This document shows, in pieces, positions 18,883 to 28,807 of a DNA stretch of 48,535 nucleotides. A program made the position numbers and the translations under genes. The stretch covers positions 1-48,535 of IMG/VR virus record IMGVR_UViG_3300032290_000188. The stretch is one strand, 5' to 3'. The notes beneath the pieces are model-generated. The model was not told where the DNA came from. It worked only from the letters and a program-made list of their open reading frames with translations, and searched no databases. The stretch's first letter is position 1, and the number at the start of each line of letters is the position of its first letter. Source of the stretch: a virus. Its lineage: Duplodnaviria; Caudoviricetes.

Positions 18883-19548
18883 ATGAAGATTGACTTGCGT
18901 GATACGGAAACGCTTTGGATAAATCTAGACTCGGCAAAGAAAAACGCAGAACAGATGGTCGAGCAGTTTGATCGTCTTGGGATCAAGAATCACAAGCGTA
19001 TTTCTGCCAGAGTGATACCACCACCTGCGCTACCTCCAGTTAAACTCAGAGCATTTGGAAAGCATTTTGTAGGCTGTGGGCAGTCTCACATAGATGCTTT
19101 GTCGGCAGCAAAGGGAGTTCCATTCTTGGTGCTTGAAGACGATGCTGCTGTGACTGATAGTTTCTTTCCAGTTTTAGATGTCCCCGAAGGCACAGATGCA
19201 GTTTATCTCGGCGTTTCGCATGGAAACGCCAAGCAAGTGGTAGTGGACCAGGGAAATGGATGGATGCGTATTGGTGGTATGCTAACAACTCATGCCATTC
19301 TCTATCTGTCGGAAACATTCGCCGCCCACGCACGACAGGTGGCTAGAGAGTGCATCTATACTCGTAACCTGCCATTGGACAACGGCTTTGCTGCCTTGCA
19401 AAGGATATACAAGGTGCTTGCGTATCACAAGCCAATGTTCGTACAGTCTGATCTGCGGGAAAGTGCAAACAAGTGGGAGCGTCTTACAAGCGCACCGCTA
19501 CGAGCAACACACAAGATCGTTAACAATCAAGCGATACCTCTTACATGA
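18883..19548 (+). CDS. Glycosyltransferase, GT25-like
   Basis: WINLD, GCGQSH, LVLEDDA, DAVYLG, HAILY. Confidence 0.8.
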   Translation: MKIDLRDTETLWINLDSAKKNAEQMVEQFDRLGIKNHKRISARVIPPPALPPVKLRAFGKHFVGCGQSHIDALSAAKGVPFLVLEDDAAVTDSFFPVLDVPEGTDAVYLGVSHGNAKQVVVDQGNGWMRIGGMLTTHAILYLSETFAAHARQVARECIYTRNLPLDNGFAALQRIYKVLAYHKPMFVQSDLRESANKWERLTSAPLRATHKIVNNQAIPLT

Positions 19549-19557
19549 TGGAGAACC

Positions 19558-20073
19558 ATGAGTACTTTTGGATTTTACAAACTGCACGCAAACGCTGTCA
19601 ACCCTGCATACGGCACAGAACACTCTGCGTGTTTTGATCTTCACGCTCATCTAACCGATGAATACGGTAATCCACGAACTGTAATGCAATACAATTCTGT
19701 TGGTGAATCCCATGAGTGGAAAGCATTTGACGGAAAGATACACATTAGACCCAGTACAACTGCACTAATTCCAACTGGATTGATTGCACAAATGGAATCT
19801 GGCTGGTCACTTAGGGTGCATATGCGCTCTAGCGTTGCATTCAAGCGAGGGTTGATTTTACCGAATGGCGAAGGCATCGTGGATGCCGACTACTATCACG
19901 AACTGTTTATGATGGTTCGTAATGTCTCTCATAATGGCTTAGATATCACGCATGGTGAGAGAATCTGTCAAGGTGAGTGGGTTCCCGTGCTGCGGTTTCC
20001 AATCACCGAGATACATACAAGACCGCAGCAAACCACAGATCGTGTCGGTGGGTTTGGATCAACTGGAGCGTAA
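19558..20073 (+). CDS. dut: Trimeric dUTPase
   Basis: SACFDL, RSS, GIVDADY, GERICQ, RVGGFGSTG. Confidence 0.95.
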   Translation: MSTFGFYKLHANAVNPAYGTEHSACFDLHAHLTDEYGNPRTVMQYNSVGESHEWKAFDGKIHIRPSTTALIPTGLIAQMESGWSLRVHMRSSVAFKRGLILPNGEGIVDADYYHELFMMVRNVSHNGLDITHGERICQGEWVPVLRFPITEIHTRPQQTTDRVGGFGSTGA

Positions 20074-20077
20074 TATT

Positions 20078-20413
20078 ATGACTCGTGATGAACTATTGGC
20101 ATGGCACAAAGAAATTTGCGAATCGGGTAGACTCCTGATGGACGCAAAGAACCGCGACTACGCGGGTAACGACGGCCTTGAACCGTTCGCAAACTTTACA
20201 AGAGTAGAGTCAATGGGCATCTGTTCGACCGAACAGGGGTTCTTGGTTCGTCTTACAGACAAGATGAGTAGACTCAGTTCCTTTGTAGAGTCTGGTAAAC
20301 TTCATGTTTCTAATGAGAGTTTTATGGACACCTGTGTTGATGTCATCAACTACATGGTGCTTTTGAGCGCGTACTTGAAAGAGAAAGAGAGACTAGAAAA
20401 TGGCAAGCGATGA
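20078..20413 (+). CDS. DUF1599 / nucleotide-modification-associated domain 1 (all-alpha MazG-like) protein
   Basis: KNRDYA, PFANF, VRLTDKMSRL, ESFMDTCVDVINY pattern. Confidence 0.75.
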   Translation: MTRDELLAWHKEICESGRLLMDAKNRDYAGNDGLEPFANFTRVESMGICSTEQGFLVRLTDKMSRLSSFVESGKLHVSNESFMDTCVDVINYMVLLSAYLKEKERLENGKR

Positions 20414-21728
20414 TCGTATTTTCATTCAGATTGCAGCGTATCGTGATCCTGAACTGGTTCCAACCATTAAGGATTGCCTAGACAAAGCCAAACACCCTGA
20501 GCGCCTACGATTTGGTATCTGCTGGCAGCACGAACCAAACGATCCGTGGGATGCAGAACTGAACGAGTTCAAGAACGATCCACGGGTCAAGATCATTGAT
20601 GTTCCGTGGAATCAAAGCAAGGGAGCGTGTTGGGCACGCAATTCAATTCAAGAGCAACTGTATGACGGAGAGGAGTATACTCTTCAACTAGACTCACATC
20701 ATAGATTTGCTCAGGATTGGGACGAGACTTTGATTGGTTGGATTAAAGACTTGCAAGCAAAGGGTCATAAAAAGCCATTGCTTACTGCGTATGTAACACC
20801 ATACGATCCCGAAAAGCACAGAGGTCGTCAGCACGATTCTCTGTTGGAAACTGGTCATGCTCTGTACTTGGAGTTTGATAGATTTACTCCCGAAGGATGC
20901 GTCTTCTTCAAGCCGCACTACATTGACGGTACTCACAAGTGGGCAGGAAACGGAAAGGGCTATAAGGATTTAACCGAACCTATTCCTGCGCGGTTTTTCT
21001 CTGCTCACTTTGCGTTTACTCTAGGAAGTCATGTGCGGGAGGTTCCCCATGATCCACAGTACTACTTCCACGGTGAAGAGATTTCATTGGCAATGAGATC
21101 GTTCACTCACGGATATGATCTGTTTACACCGCATCGAAATGTTGTGTGGCACGAATACACCCGAGAGTATCGTACCCACAAGCATTGGGTAGATCATACT
21201 GACCAGAACAAACAAAAACTCGTGGACGGTCTAAATTGGGTAGATCGAAACAACATTTGTCATCATAGAAACCGTGTTCTGTTTGAAATGGAAAGTGATC
21301 CGAATATTGCATTTGGTAAGTACGGATTAGGAAGCGAAAGAACACTTGCTCAGTATGAAGAGTACGCAGGTCTTGATTTCAAAACACGAACAGAACTGCT
21401 GCCGGATAACAAGGCAAAATACGAATACCAGTTGAATTGGACATGGGAACAGTTCCATCAGGCAGATGATCTTGACTTTGTAGTTGCTGCTGTTCATAAC
21501 GATACAGATACCCTTTGGAGAGAAGACTTTACGAAGCAATCTAGACCGTATTTGTGGAATAGAGAACACAAGTCTAAGGATATTCTGAGAGAAAGTCCAA
21601 CTAGGGTTGCAATCAAGTTTGATGCGGTAAGAAACGCAAATCCAAATCGTTTAGTAATCTGGCCACATAGTATCAGCAAGGGGTGGTTAACTAGAGTAGA
21701 AATCCCACTAGGGCAGATAGGATACTGA
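20400..21728 (+). CDS. GT60-like (Skp1-hydroxyproline/polypeptide GlcNAc-transferase-like) glycosyltransferase
   Basis: IFIQIAAYRDPEL, SKGACWAR, LQLDSHHRF, SAHFAF, YFHGEEISLAMRSFTHGYD, WHEYTR. Confidence 0.88.
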   Translation: MASDDRIFIQIAAYRDPELVPTIKDCLDKAKHPERLRFGICWQHEPNDPWDAELNEFKNDPRVKIIDVPWNQSKGACWARNSIQEQLYDGEEYTLQLDSHHRFAQDWDETLIGWIKDLQAKGHKKPLLTAYVTPYDPEKHRGRQHDSLLETGHALYLEFDRFTPEGCVFFKPHYIDGTHKWAGNGKGYKDLTEPIPARFFSAHFAFTLGSHVREVPHDPQYYFHGEEISLAMRSFTHGYDLFTPHRNVVWHEYTREYRTHKHWVDHTDQNKQKLVDGLNWVDRNNICHHRNRVLFEMESDPNIAFGKYGLGSERTLAQYEEYAGLDFKTRTELLPDNKAKYEYQLNWTWEQFHQADDLDFVVAAVHNDTDTLWREDFTKQSRPYLWNREHKSKDILRESPTRVAIKFDAVRNANPNRLVIWPHSISKGWLTRVEIPLGQIGY

Positions 21729-21729
21729 A

Positions 21730-23367
21730 ATGAGTTCATTGACGGTTGTTAGTGGTCTAATCAACATTGGTAGAGGCGAGATGGGTACATCTTTCGCTCG
21801 GTCATTTGACCACTATAAGGAAACCTTTGCAAAGTTACTTAAGACCACTACGGCTCCAATGTTTCTCTACATCAGTCCTGATCTAGAAGAATTGGTTTGG
21901 CAGTATAGAGATAGGTCAAACACTTCCATAAAGTATGTTACTGCTTCTGATCTCAAAAGAATGCCATTCTACGATCAGATACAGAAGATCAGAACAGATC
22001 CTCAATGGTATAAGCAAAAAGGATGGCTAGAGGAAAGCACACAAGCGAGATTAGAGTTGTACAATCCACTTGTAATGTCTAAAATGTTCTGGTTAAACGA
22101 TGCCACTATATTCAATCCATTCAACACCAAGTACTTTCTGTGGATAGATGGAGGCATTGCGAACACCGTAAATCCAACTCTATTGGGAGAAAAGTTCGAG
22201 AAGACTGTCATCCGACACATGGAAGACTCTGCATTGTTCCTCTGTTTTCCTTACGATGCAGACGGAGAGATACACGGATTCAAAGCATCTGAGATGAACC
22301 GATATGCACATGGTTCTGTAGTTAATCGAGTTGCTAGAGGCGGATTATTTGGTGGGTCTAGGGATCAGTTGAATGCATTAAATGGACTGTACTACAAGTA
22401 TCTTAGCGATTCTCTATCAGAAGGATTGATGGGAACTGAAGAGTCCATATTCACTTTGCTAACCTATAATCACTCTGATCTATGCCATTACGAGATGATT
22501 GGTGGTAATGGACTGATAGCACCGTGGATAGAGCAAATGCTAAACAATCCTAAACCAACTGCTGCTTCTAAGTTGGGAGTGTATTCTGTATGCTTCAATC
22601 TGCCAAAGCAGTATCAGTTATGGATAGACTCTATAAATGGAGCGCATAAAGCGTTTCTCAAGAACTGCTCAAAGTATGTTGTGAATAATAGTACTGATCG
22701 CTCTACCGATGCGGAGTTCTCTGAGATGTTTAGATTCAGCAATATCTCAGAGACTCGTAAGCCTGAAAATCTTGGAATTTGCGGAGCGAGACAACTGTGC
22801 GCGGAAATGTTCGATCAATCGGATCACGAGTATATGGTATTCTTTGAAGACGATATGCTTCTGTGTGATGAGTCGTATGATGGTAAACATTGTTCAAATG
22901 GATTCAGAAGATACGATAGCAAGTTGTTTCAGAAGTGCATGAAGATCATGGAAAAGGAAAAACTCGACTATCTTAAACTGTGCTTTACTGAGTTTTACGG
23001 AGACAATCATCTAAATTGGGCATGGGTGAATCTTCCTAAAGACAAGAAGGAGTTACTATTTCCTGGTCCGCAAGTGATGGGTGCGTGTAACAAGAGCAAG
23101 ATTTATCATACTGGTTCTATTGAAGGGATACCATATGCTGTTGGTGAATTTCACTACTGTAACTGGCCTGTGATGTTTAGTAAAGAAGGAAATCGTAAAG
23201 TATTCCTAGACACAAAGTGGGCGCATCCATACGAGCAGACATGGATGAGTCATGTTCAGCAATTGGTTAGCGCAGGAACTGTTAGAACTGGATGTCTTCT
23301 AATGTCTACAATAGACCATACTCGTCAGTATCATTACAGCGGATCAGAGAGAAAAGAAAATCCATAA
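21730..23367 (+). CDS. HtrL/YibB (WlaTC)-like domain fused to a GT-A glycosyltransferase domain
   Basis: TVVSGLINIGR, NPFNTKYFLWIDGG, GGLFGG, GTEESIF; C-half has VVNNS, NLGICGAR, FFEDDM. Confidence 0.75.
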   Translation: MSSLTVVSGLINIGRGEMGTSFARSFDHYKETFAKLLKTTTAPMFLYISPDLEELVWQYRDRSNTSIKYVTASDLKRMPFYDQIQKIRTDPQWYKQKGWLEESTQARLELYNPLVMSKMFWLNDATIFNPFNTKYFLWIDGGIANTVNPTLLGEKFEKTVIRHMEDSALFLCFPYDADGEIHGFKASEMNRYAHGSVVNRVARGGLFGGSRDQLNALNGLYYKYLSDSLSEGLMGTEESIFTLLTYNHSDLCHYEMIGGNGLIAPWIEQMLNNPKPTAASKLGVYSVCFNLPKQYQLWIDSINGAHKAFLKNCSKYVVNNSTDRSTDAEFSEMFRFSNISETRKPENLGICGARQLCAEMFDQSDHEYMVFFEDDMLLCDESYDGKHCSNGFRRYDSKLFQKCMKIMEKEKLDYLKLCFTEFYGDNHLNWAWVNLPKDKKELLFPGPQVMGACNKSKIYHTGSIEGIPYAVGEFHYCNWPVMFSKEGNRKVFLDTKWAHPYEQTWMSHVQQLVSAGTVRTGCLLMSTIDHTRQYHYSGSERKENP

Positions 23368-23376
23368 AGGAGAACC

Positions 23377-24015
23377 ATGAATCTAGAGAAATACACTATC
23401 GTAGGACCTAGGCTAAACGACAATCAGGGACTGTTGACTATAAACGGTCATGCTGCACAGCAGAATCAGTATGCCCCGCTGGCGTTTGCAAAATTGTTGG
23501 AGTCGATTAGACCAAAACGAATATTGGAAATAGGAACCGCATTGGGAGGCCTAACACAATTCTTTAGAGAGATATCTCAAGAAATAGACCTCCCTCTTGA
23601 TATTGTCACATACGACATTCACCGACATCCGTGGTTTGATGATTTGCAGACCAACGGGATTGCAGACTTTAGAACCAAGTCGATATGGGAGAATGATGTA
23701 CTAGAAAAAGGTATATGTCAAGAGTCTATTGATTTCATCAAGCAAGAAGGAACTACTGTTGTATTGTGTGACGGTGGTTCTAAGAAACATGAGTTTGCTA
23801 GTGCTGCAAAACATTTGAAGCCTGGAGATATCATACTTGCACACGATTATGCTCCCAACAAAGATGTATTTGATGCACAGATAGATCATAAATTGTGGAA
23901 CTGGTGTGAGATTACTGATGATGATATCTCCGAAACCTGTATTACGCAGAATCTTGTTTCTTTCATGCACGAAGAGTTTTCAAATGCTGTGTGGGTTTGT
24001 AAGAGAAAGAGTTGA
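23377..24015 (+). CDS. Class I SAM-dependent methyltransferase (CmcI/Methyltransf_24-like)
   Basis: ILEIGTALGG, TYDI, LCDGG, LKPGDIILAHD. Confidence 0.8.
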   Translation: MNLEKYTIVGPRLNDNQGLLTINGHAAQQNQYAPLAFAKLLESIRPKRILEIGTALGGLTQFFREISQEIDLPLDIVTYDIHRHPWFDDLQTNGIADFRTKSIWENDVLEKGICQESIDFIKQEGTTVVLCDGGSKKHEFASAAKHLKPGDIILAHDYAPNKDVFDAQIDHKLWNWCEITDDDISETCITQNLVSFMHEEFSNAVWVCKRKS

Positions 24016-24017
24016 TT

Positions 24018-24788
24018 ATGCCTGTGCCTACATACGCGTACTGTACTGTTGCCATAGGTAAATCGTATCTCTCGTCCGCTTTGTTGTTTCATACTAGTGT
24101 TTCTGACTACCCCAATCACAAGCGTTCTGTGATAACGACGGATGAAAAATCACTAGAAGGTGTAGACTTAGATAAGGTCAGTCCGAAAATACACTTTGAC
24201 ATCATTGAATCTGATTACAAGGTGTTCAATATGCCAGTTGGGTATTACGCGGATCAGTTTAACTACAATGTTAAGCATCGACCAATCTTAAAAAGTCATC
24301 AACTATGTAATGATGCAGATTTCATCATATTCGTTGATGCAGATTGGGAAGTTACTCACCATTACAGCGAGAGCGGAGTTCTTTCCATATTGGAAATGAT
24401 GAAGACTAAGAGTATAGACTTTCTCTATGAAAGACCGCACAGTATTGGTGCGGGAAAACAACCAAACGCATCAGGTGGTTGTTTTTGGAAGCACAAGATA
24501 CAAGCATATGGGTTAATGGAAACCGATAGATATGATGCTGCTGATGTGTGCAATGAACAGTACATGATTTTTGCAAACAACGATAAGTTGTCTATATTCT
24601 CGGCAAACTGGATGAACCTGTTCAATAAAAGTCAAGTAGAGAACATATGGTCATTTGCAGAGGGTGTTGAGATAGGAATGTCTGCGGTGGTTGCAGATAT
24701 GAAAACTTCTCTGATACCCCATATGGTTATGAACGATTACTACCTCTTTAAAGCCAGACATACTGGTGACATATACAGAAAGTTTTGA
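24018..24788 (+). CDS. Putative GT-A glycosyltransferase
   Basis: CTVAIGKSY start, FNYNVK, IIFVDAD DxD motif; island context. Confidence 0.65.
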   Translation: MPVPTYAYCTVAIGKSYLSSALLFHTSVSDYPNHKRSVITTDEKSLEGVDLDKVSPKIHFDIIESDYKVFNMPVGYYADQFNYNVKHRPILKSHQLCNDADFIIFVDADWEVTHHYSESGVLSILEMMKTKSIDFLYERPHSIGAGKQPNASGGCFWKHKIQAYGLMETDRYDAADVCNEQYMIFANNDKLSIFSANWMNLFNKSQVENIWSFAEGVEIGMSAVVADMKTSLIPHMVMNDYYLFKARHTGDIYRKF

Positions 24789-24790
24789 AC

Positions 24791-25549
24791 ATGAGTTTGC
24801 TCATCACTACAGTTTTGTTCGATTATCCATCCGCCTATGAACCTAGTTTTTGCAAAACTGGTATTGAGAGAGGAATATCTCAAACTGATATCCATGTTCA
24901 ACGCTACACTAGCGATGGTTTTCCTCCACCATGCTCGTGGTCAAGTAATGTCTATGAGTCTCTTATGTCTAAACTTCGATGGTATAAGATACACAAGCAT
25001 CTAGAGTACCTGACTGAAATACAATCGAAATACGAGTACACTCTGTTTTTAGATGCAACCGACACTAACTTTACCAAGAATGTAGATGGGATACTTGATG
25101 AGTATTTGAAATACGGACATGACATTGTGATGTGTGCAGAAAAAGGATTGTGGCCACCTACACCATACAATCATCTGTACGAAACTACAGGAGTATCTAC
25201 TCCATACAAATACTTGAATTCGGGATGCATGATAGGAAAAACAACTGCAATCATCTCTGCATTACAGTATGCGGTTAATTCTGCCGATCCCAATGTTTCC
25301 TTCTCTGGCGACGATCAAGGTATTTGGGCAACTCTGTATTTGCTTAAGAAAGCAGACATAGTGCTTGATACTGAGCAGAGATTATTCTTCAGCACCCATC
25401 TATCTAAAGACAAGACTGTTCTAGATCAAACGGGGAATCCAATTGGTATAGATACCTCCGCATATATCATACACGACAATGGTCCGTGGGGAGAAGAAAC
25501 AATCAAACTTACAGAAGTCTGCAATATCAGGCAGTTGGAGACACGATGA
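24791..25549 (+). CDS. PLOD (lysyl hydroxylase GT domain)-like glycosyltransferase
   Basis: LFLDATD, MCAEKGLWP, YKYLNSGCMIG, DDQG, LDTEQRLF, IHDNG. Confidence 0.8.
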   Translation: MSLLITTVLFDYPSAYEPSFCKTGIERGISQTDIHVQRYTSDGFPPPCSWSSNVYESLMSKLRWYKIHKHLEYLTEIQSKYEYTLFLDATDTNFTKNVDGILDEYLKYGHDIVMCAEKGLWPPTPYNHLYETTGVSTPYKYLNSGCMIGKTTAIISALQYAVNSADPNVSFSGDDQGIWATLYLLKKADIVLDTEQRLFFSTHLSKDKTVLDQTGNPIGIDTSAYIIHDNGPWGEETIKLTEVCNIRQLETR

Positions 25550-26562
25550 GAACTATTAGAATTACTAGGCAAGGATTTTCTAGAACTGGAATGTGTTTCT
25601 TCGTGTCATACTTGGAAAGATGTCTTGGTATGAACTACAATATCGTTGTTGATGACGATAATCCAGACATTGTAATTTGGTCAAATCTATCATTCGACAA
25701 TCAGCCTGATGTTTGGATAAGTAAGAAAACAGGAGTACCGACTCCGCAGAGAAGTAGAGTTCCCATAGATCATCCAAACCTCAAGTTTCTATGTGTTAGT
25801 GGAGAACTTATGGATTGGGAGTCTTCCATTTCTCTTCCAAATAAATGGGCAATAGGATATGCTCCAATAAGTCATCCGAGATATCTTCAACAGGCATCTG
25901 CTGCTTTTGATATTTGGGGAATTTACGACGAGATGATGCTTACCGACAATCCAACAGATTGGTTATTCGGAAGAGACTACTCCACGATCTTACAAAGAAA
26001 CATACGATTTTGTTCTGTTGTTCAAAACTCTAGTCCACCGCATAGAGTAACTGCGTGTGCTGAGTTGGATAAGTACAAAACGGTGGATGGTGCTGGTATA
26101 TTCAGGAATAACAGGACAGATAGCGGAGTAAATAGAGATGGAGAACAAGCAATCTATGCTGGTAGAGCAGAAGGTATAGGATATAGACAAAAACTCTTGT
26201 TCCAATCCAACTACAAGTTTTCTATAGCCATGCAATTGTGTTGCGAACCGTATTGTGTGCAAGAAAAACTACCTCAAGCATTCTTTTCTGGAAACATTCC
26301 GATATTTTGGGGAAATCCACGGATACTGGAGTTTGGTTGGAATCCAAATGCTTTCATAAATCTCCATACCTACGAAAGTGTTGTTGGAGACTATAGAACG
26401 ATTGATTGGGATGCTGTTAGAGATAGAATCAGACTCATTGATACCGATGAGTCTGTAAGAAAGCAGATGATAGAAGAACCTATCTTTGTTGGGAACAAAT
26501 TGCCAGAGCAGTTAAGAATGTCGAGAACTGCTGAATTCTTACGCAAAATGGTGGAGGCTTGA
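25546..26562 (+). CDS. GT10-like (alpha-1,3/4-fucosyltransferase family) glycosyltransferase, divergent
   Basis: NPDIVI, FCSVVQN, YKTVDGAG, YKFSIA...EKLPQAF..GNIPIFWG, NPNAFIN. Confidence 0.78.
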   Translation: MRTIRITRQGFSRTGMCFFVSYLERCLGMNYNIVVDDDNPDIVIWSNLSFDNQPDVWISKKTGVPTPQRSRVPIDHPNLKFLCVSGELMDWESSISLPNKWAIGYAPISHPRYLQQASAAFDIWGIYDEMMLTDNPTDWLFGRDYSTILQRNIRFCSVVQNSSPPHRVTACAELDKYKTVDGAGIFRNNRTDSGVNRDGEQAIYAGRAEGIGYRQKLLFQSNYKFSIAMQLCCEPYCVQEKLPQAFFSGNIPIFWGNPRILEFGWNPNAFINLHTYESVVGDYRTIDWDAVRDRIRLIDTDESVRKQMIEEPIFVGNKLPEQLRMSRTAEFLRKMVEA

Positions 26563-26566
26563 TAAT

Positions 26567-27562
26567 ATGAAGCGAGTTATCATAACAGGCGGTGTTGGAT
26601 TTTTGGGGCATCACATGGTTGATTATCTGTTGTCAACTACAGATGCCGAAATAGTCATATTGGACAGGTTGGATTCTTCAGGAAACATCAACCGTCTAAC
26701 TGAACTTGATTCATGGAAAGACAACGCGAATAGAGTCAACTTTGTCTGGCATGATATGCGAGCAGAAATACATTCCAATGTAGTGCTATGCTCAATGCTT
26801 GGAAAAGCAGATACTATCCTTCATATAGGTGCAGGTTCTCATGTGGATAGAAGCATAGAAGACCCTTTATCTTTTGTCATGGATAATGTAGTTGGAACTT
26901 GCAATATTTTGAACTTTGCAAGACGACAAGACTCTTTGGAAAACTTTGTGTACTTCTCTACAGATGAAGTTTTTGGTCCTGCACCTAATGGTGTTGATTA
27001 CTTGGAATGGTCTAGATATAACTCTGGAAATCCCTACGCTGCAACTAAGGCTGGTGGAGAAGAGTTGTGTTTAGCCTTTCATAACACTTATAAGATGCCG
27101 ATGAAGATTTCTCATTGCATGAATATCTTTGGAGAGAGGCAACATCCAGAAAAGTTCATACCCCTTGTTATCAAAAAAGTACTACTTGGAGAAAGAGTAC
27201 TCATTCATTCTGACAAGACAAAAACTCGCGCTGGAAGTAGATTCTATATCCATGCAAAGAATGTGTGTTCTGCTGTTGATTTCATCCTTCAACGGGGAGA
27301 GAATGGAGATAAGTACAATATTGTCGGAGAGAAAGAAATTGACAATCTTTCTTTGGCAAATACAATTGCCTCTATTCTTGGAAAACCTTTGAATTACGAA
27401 CTGGTAGATTTTCATAGCAGCAGGCCTGGACATGATCTTCGATATGCGTTGGATGGATCGAAAATGAGAGATATGGGGTGGAATTTGCCAATGAACTTGG
27501 AGAAGTCTTTAGAGAGTGTTATCTCTTGGTCATTGAATAATCCAAAGTGGATGGGAATGTAG
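26567..27562 (+). CDS. NDP-glucose 4,6-dehydratase (RmlB-like extended SDR)
   Basis: TGGVGFLG, SHVDRSI, STDEVFG, YAATK, QHPEKFIP, RPGHDLRYALD. Confidence 0.92.
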   Translation: MKRVIITGGVGFLGHHMVDYLLSTTDAEIVILDRLDSSGNINRLTELDSWKDNANRVNFVWHDMRAEIHSNVVLCSMLGKADTILHIGAGSHVDRSIEDPLSFVMDNVVGTCNILNFARRQDSLENFVYFSTDEVFGPAPNGVDYLEWSRYNSGNPYAATKAGGEELCLAFHNTYKMPMKISHCMNIFGERQHPEKFIPLVIKKVLLGERVLIHSDKTKTRAGSRFYIHAKNVCSAVDFILQRGENGDKYNIVGEKEIDNLSLANTIASILGKPLNYELVDFHSSRPGHDLRYALDGSKMRDMGWNLPMNLEKSLESVISWSLNNPKWMGM

Positions 27563-27571
27563 AAGAAACCT

Positions 27572-28171
27572 ATGAGCAACTATTCTAGCAAAGAAAACTA
27601 CATCACTCGTGATCCAGTTCCTGAATCGTGGAAATTACATCCAAACGGACAACTGATACGGGACATCTATCCACATTTCATCTCTGGAAATGTTTTGGAT
27701 GTTGGGTGCAATCATGGTGCTTGCACATTTTTGATAGCAGAAGATTCTAAGGTTTCCAAAGTATATGGACTAGACATAAATCCCGAAGCGATTGCACTGG
27801 CAAATAGAATCAAATCAGATAGAAACTGCAATACTTCAGAGTTCATTTGTTCCAATATACTAGAGTGGAAAACTAGTATGAGATTCGATGTTGTGGTGTC
27901 TTTCCATACTCTAGAACACATCTATCCTTCTGATGTTGACTCGTTCATGCAGAAACTGAATAGCCTTTTAAAGACTAATGGCATATTGCTCTTGTCTTTA
28001 CCACACGATCAGACATATGCAAACGAGCCAACTCATGTTGGCCACTATACAGAACATACGCTTGCTGCTTTGTGTTCTAAACATGGATTTGAAACCATCG
28101 AATGTATCTACGATAATAGGGTTTCTGAAGGTGGTGTGCTGACTGGAATATTTCGTAAAGGCATTACATGA
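27572..28171 (+). CDS. Class I SAM-dependent methyltransferase
   Basis: VLDVGCNHG, GLDI, FDVVVSFHTLEH, LKTNG. Confidence 0.85.
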   Translation: MSNYSSKENYITRDPVPESWKLHPNGQLIRDIYPHFISGNVLDVGCNHGACTFLIAEDSKVSKVYGLDINPEAIALANRIKSDRNCNTSEFICSNILEWKTSMRFDVVVSFHTLEHIYPSDVDSFMQKLNSLLKTNGILLLSLPHDQTYANEPTHVGHYTEHTLAALCSKHGFETIECIYDNRVSEGGVLTGIFRKGIT

Positions 28172-28758
28172 AATCTAGTTACTCACAGATGGGACAGGAT
28201 CTATGGGTTCTCTCTGTTCTAGAAGGCAAACACAATGGAACCTTTGTGGACATTGGATGCGCTACTCCTTTCTTTCTAAACAATACTGCTTTGTTAGAAA
28301 CCAAATACGGATGGAGAGGAGTTGCAGTTGATATTTCTCCATTTGGGGGAAGATATCATTCTCCATCCATTTACGAGCGTACTGACCATCCGTATCCCAA
28401 AGAAATCCTAGATGATCCTAGCCTAAGAACATGGGGCACCCGAACAAACACCAAAGTGTACGAATCTGATGCTTTGGTATTCGACTACGATGAATGCTTC
28501 AGTAAGAATAACCTACCGTCTGTGATAGACTTTTTATCCATAGACCTAGACCCACCACAGACAACCTTTGAAGTGTTTCAACTGCTTCCTCACGACAAAT
28601 ACAAGTTTAGGACCATAGCATTTGAACATGACTCGTACAGGATGGCTGATCCTCAAGCATGGGAACAGCATACCCGAGAAGTTATTACGAGTTACGGCTA
28701 CAAGTGGGTAAAGACGCAAAGCCAGGATGACTACTATGTGTTGGATAACTGGCAATAA
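28168..28758 (+). CDS. FkbM-family methyltransferase
   Basis: YSQMGQD, GTFVDIG, NNTALLE, WRGVAVD, IDFLSID, FEHD. Confidence 0.85.
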   Translation: MKSSYSQMGQDLWVLSVLEGKHNGTFVDIGCATPFFLNNTALLETKYGWRGVAVDISPFGGRYHSPSIYERTDHPYPKEILDDPSLRTWGTRTNTKVYESDALVFDYDECFSKNNLPSVIDFLSIDLDPPQTTFEVFQLLPHDKYKFRTIAFEHDSYRMADPQAWEQHTREVITSYGYKWVKTQSQDDYYVLDNWQ

Positions 28759-28773
28759 TCTTAGAAAACTGGC

Positions 28774-28801
28774 TTGACTGTACCGAATCCTGATGTAGAA
28801 T
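28774..28801 (+). promoter_or_regulatory. sigma70-like promoter (TTGACT-N16-TAGAAT), probably leaderless
   Basis: ATG 28808 is 7 nt after the -10 box; no SD. Confidence 0.72.
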
Positions 28802-28807
28802 GAGCGC

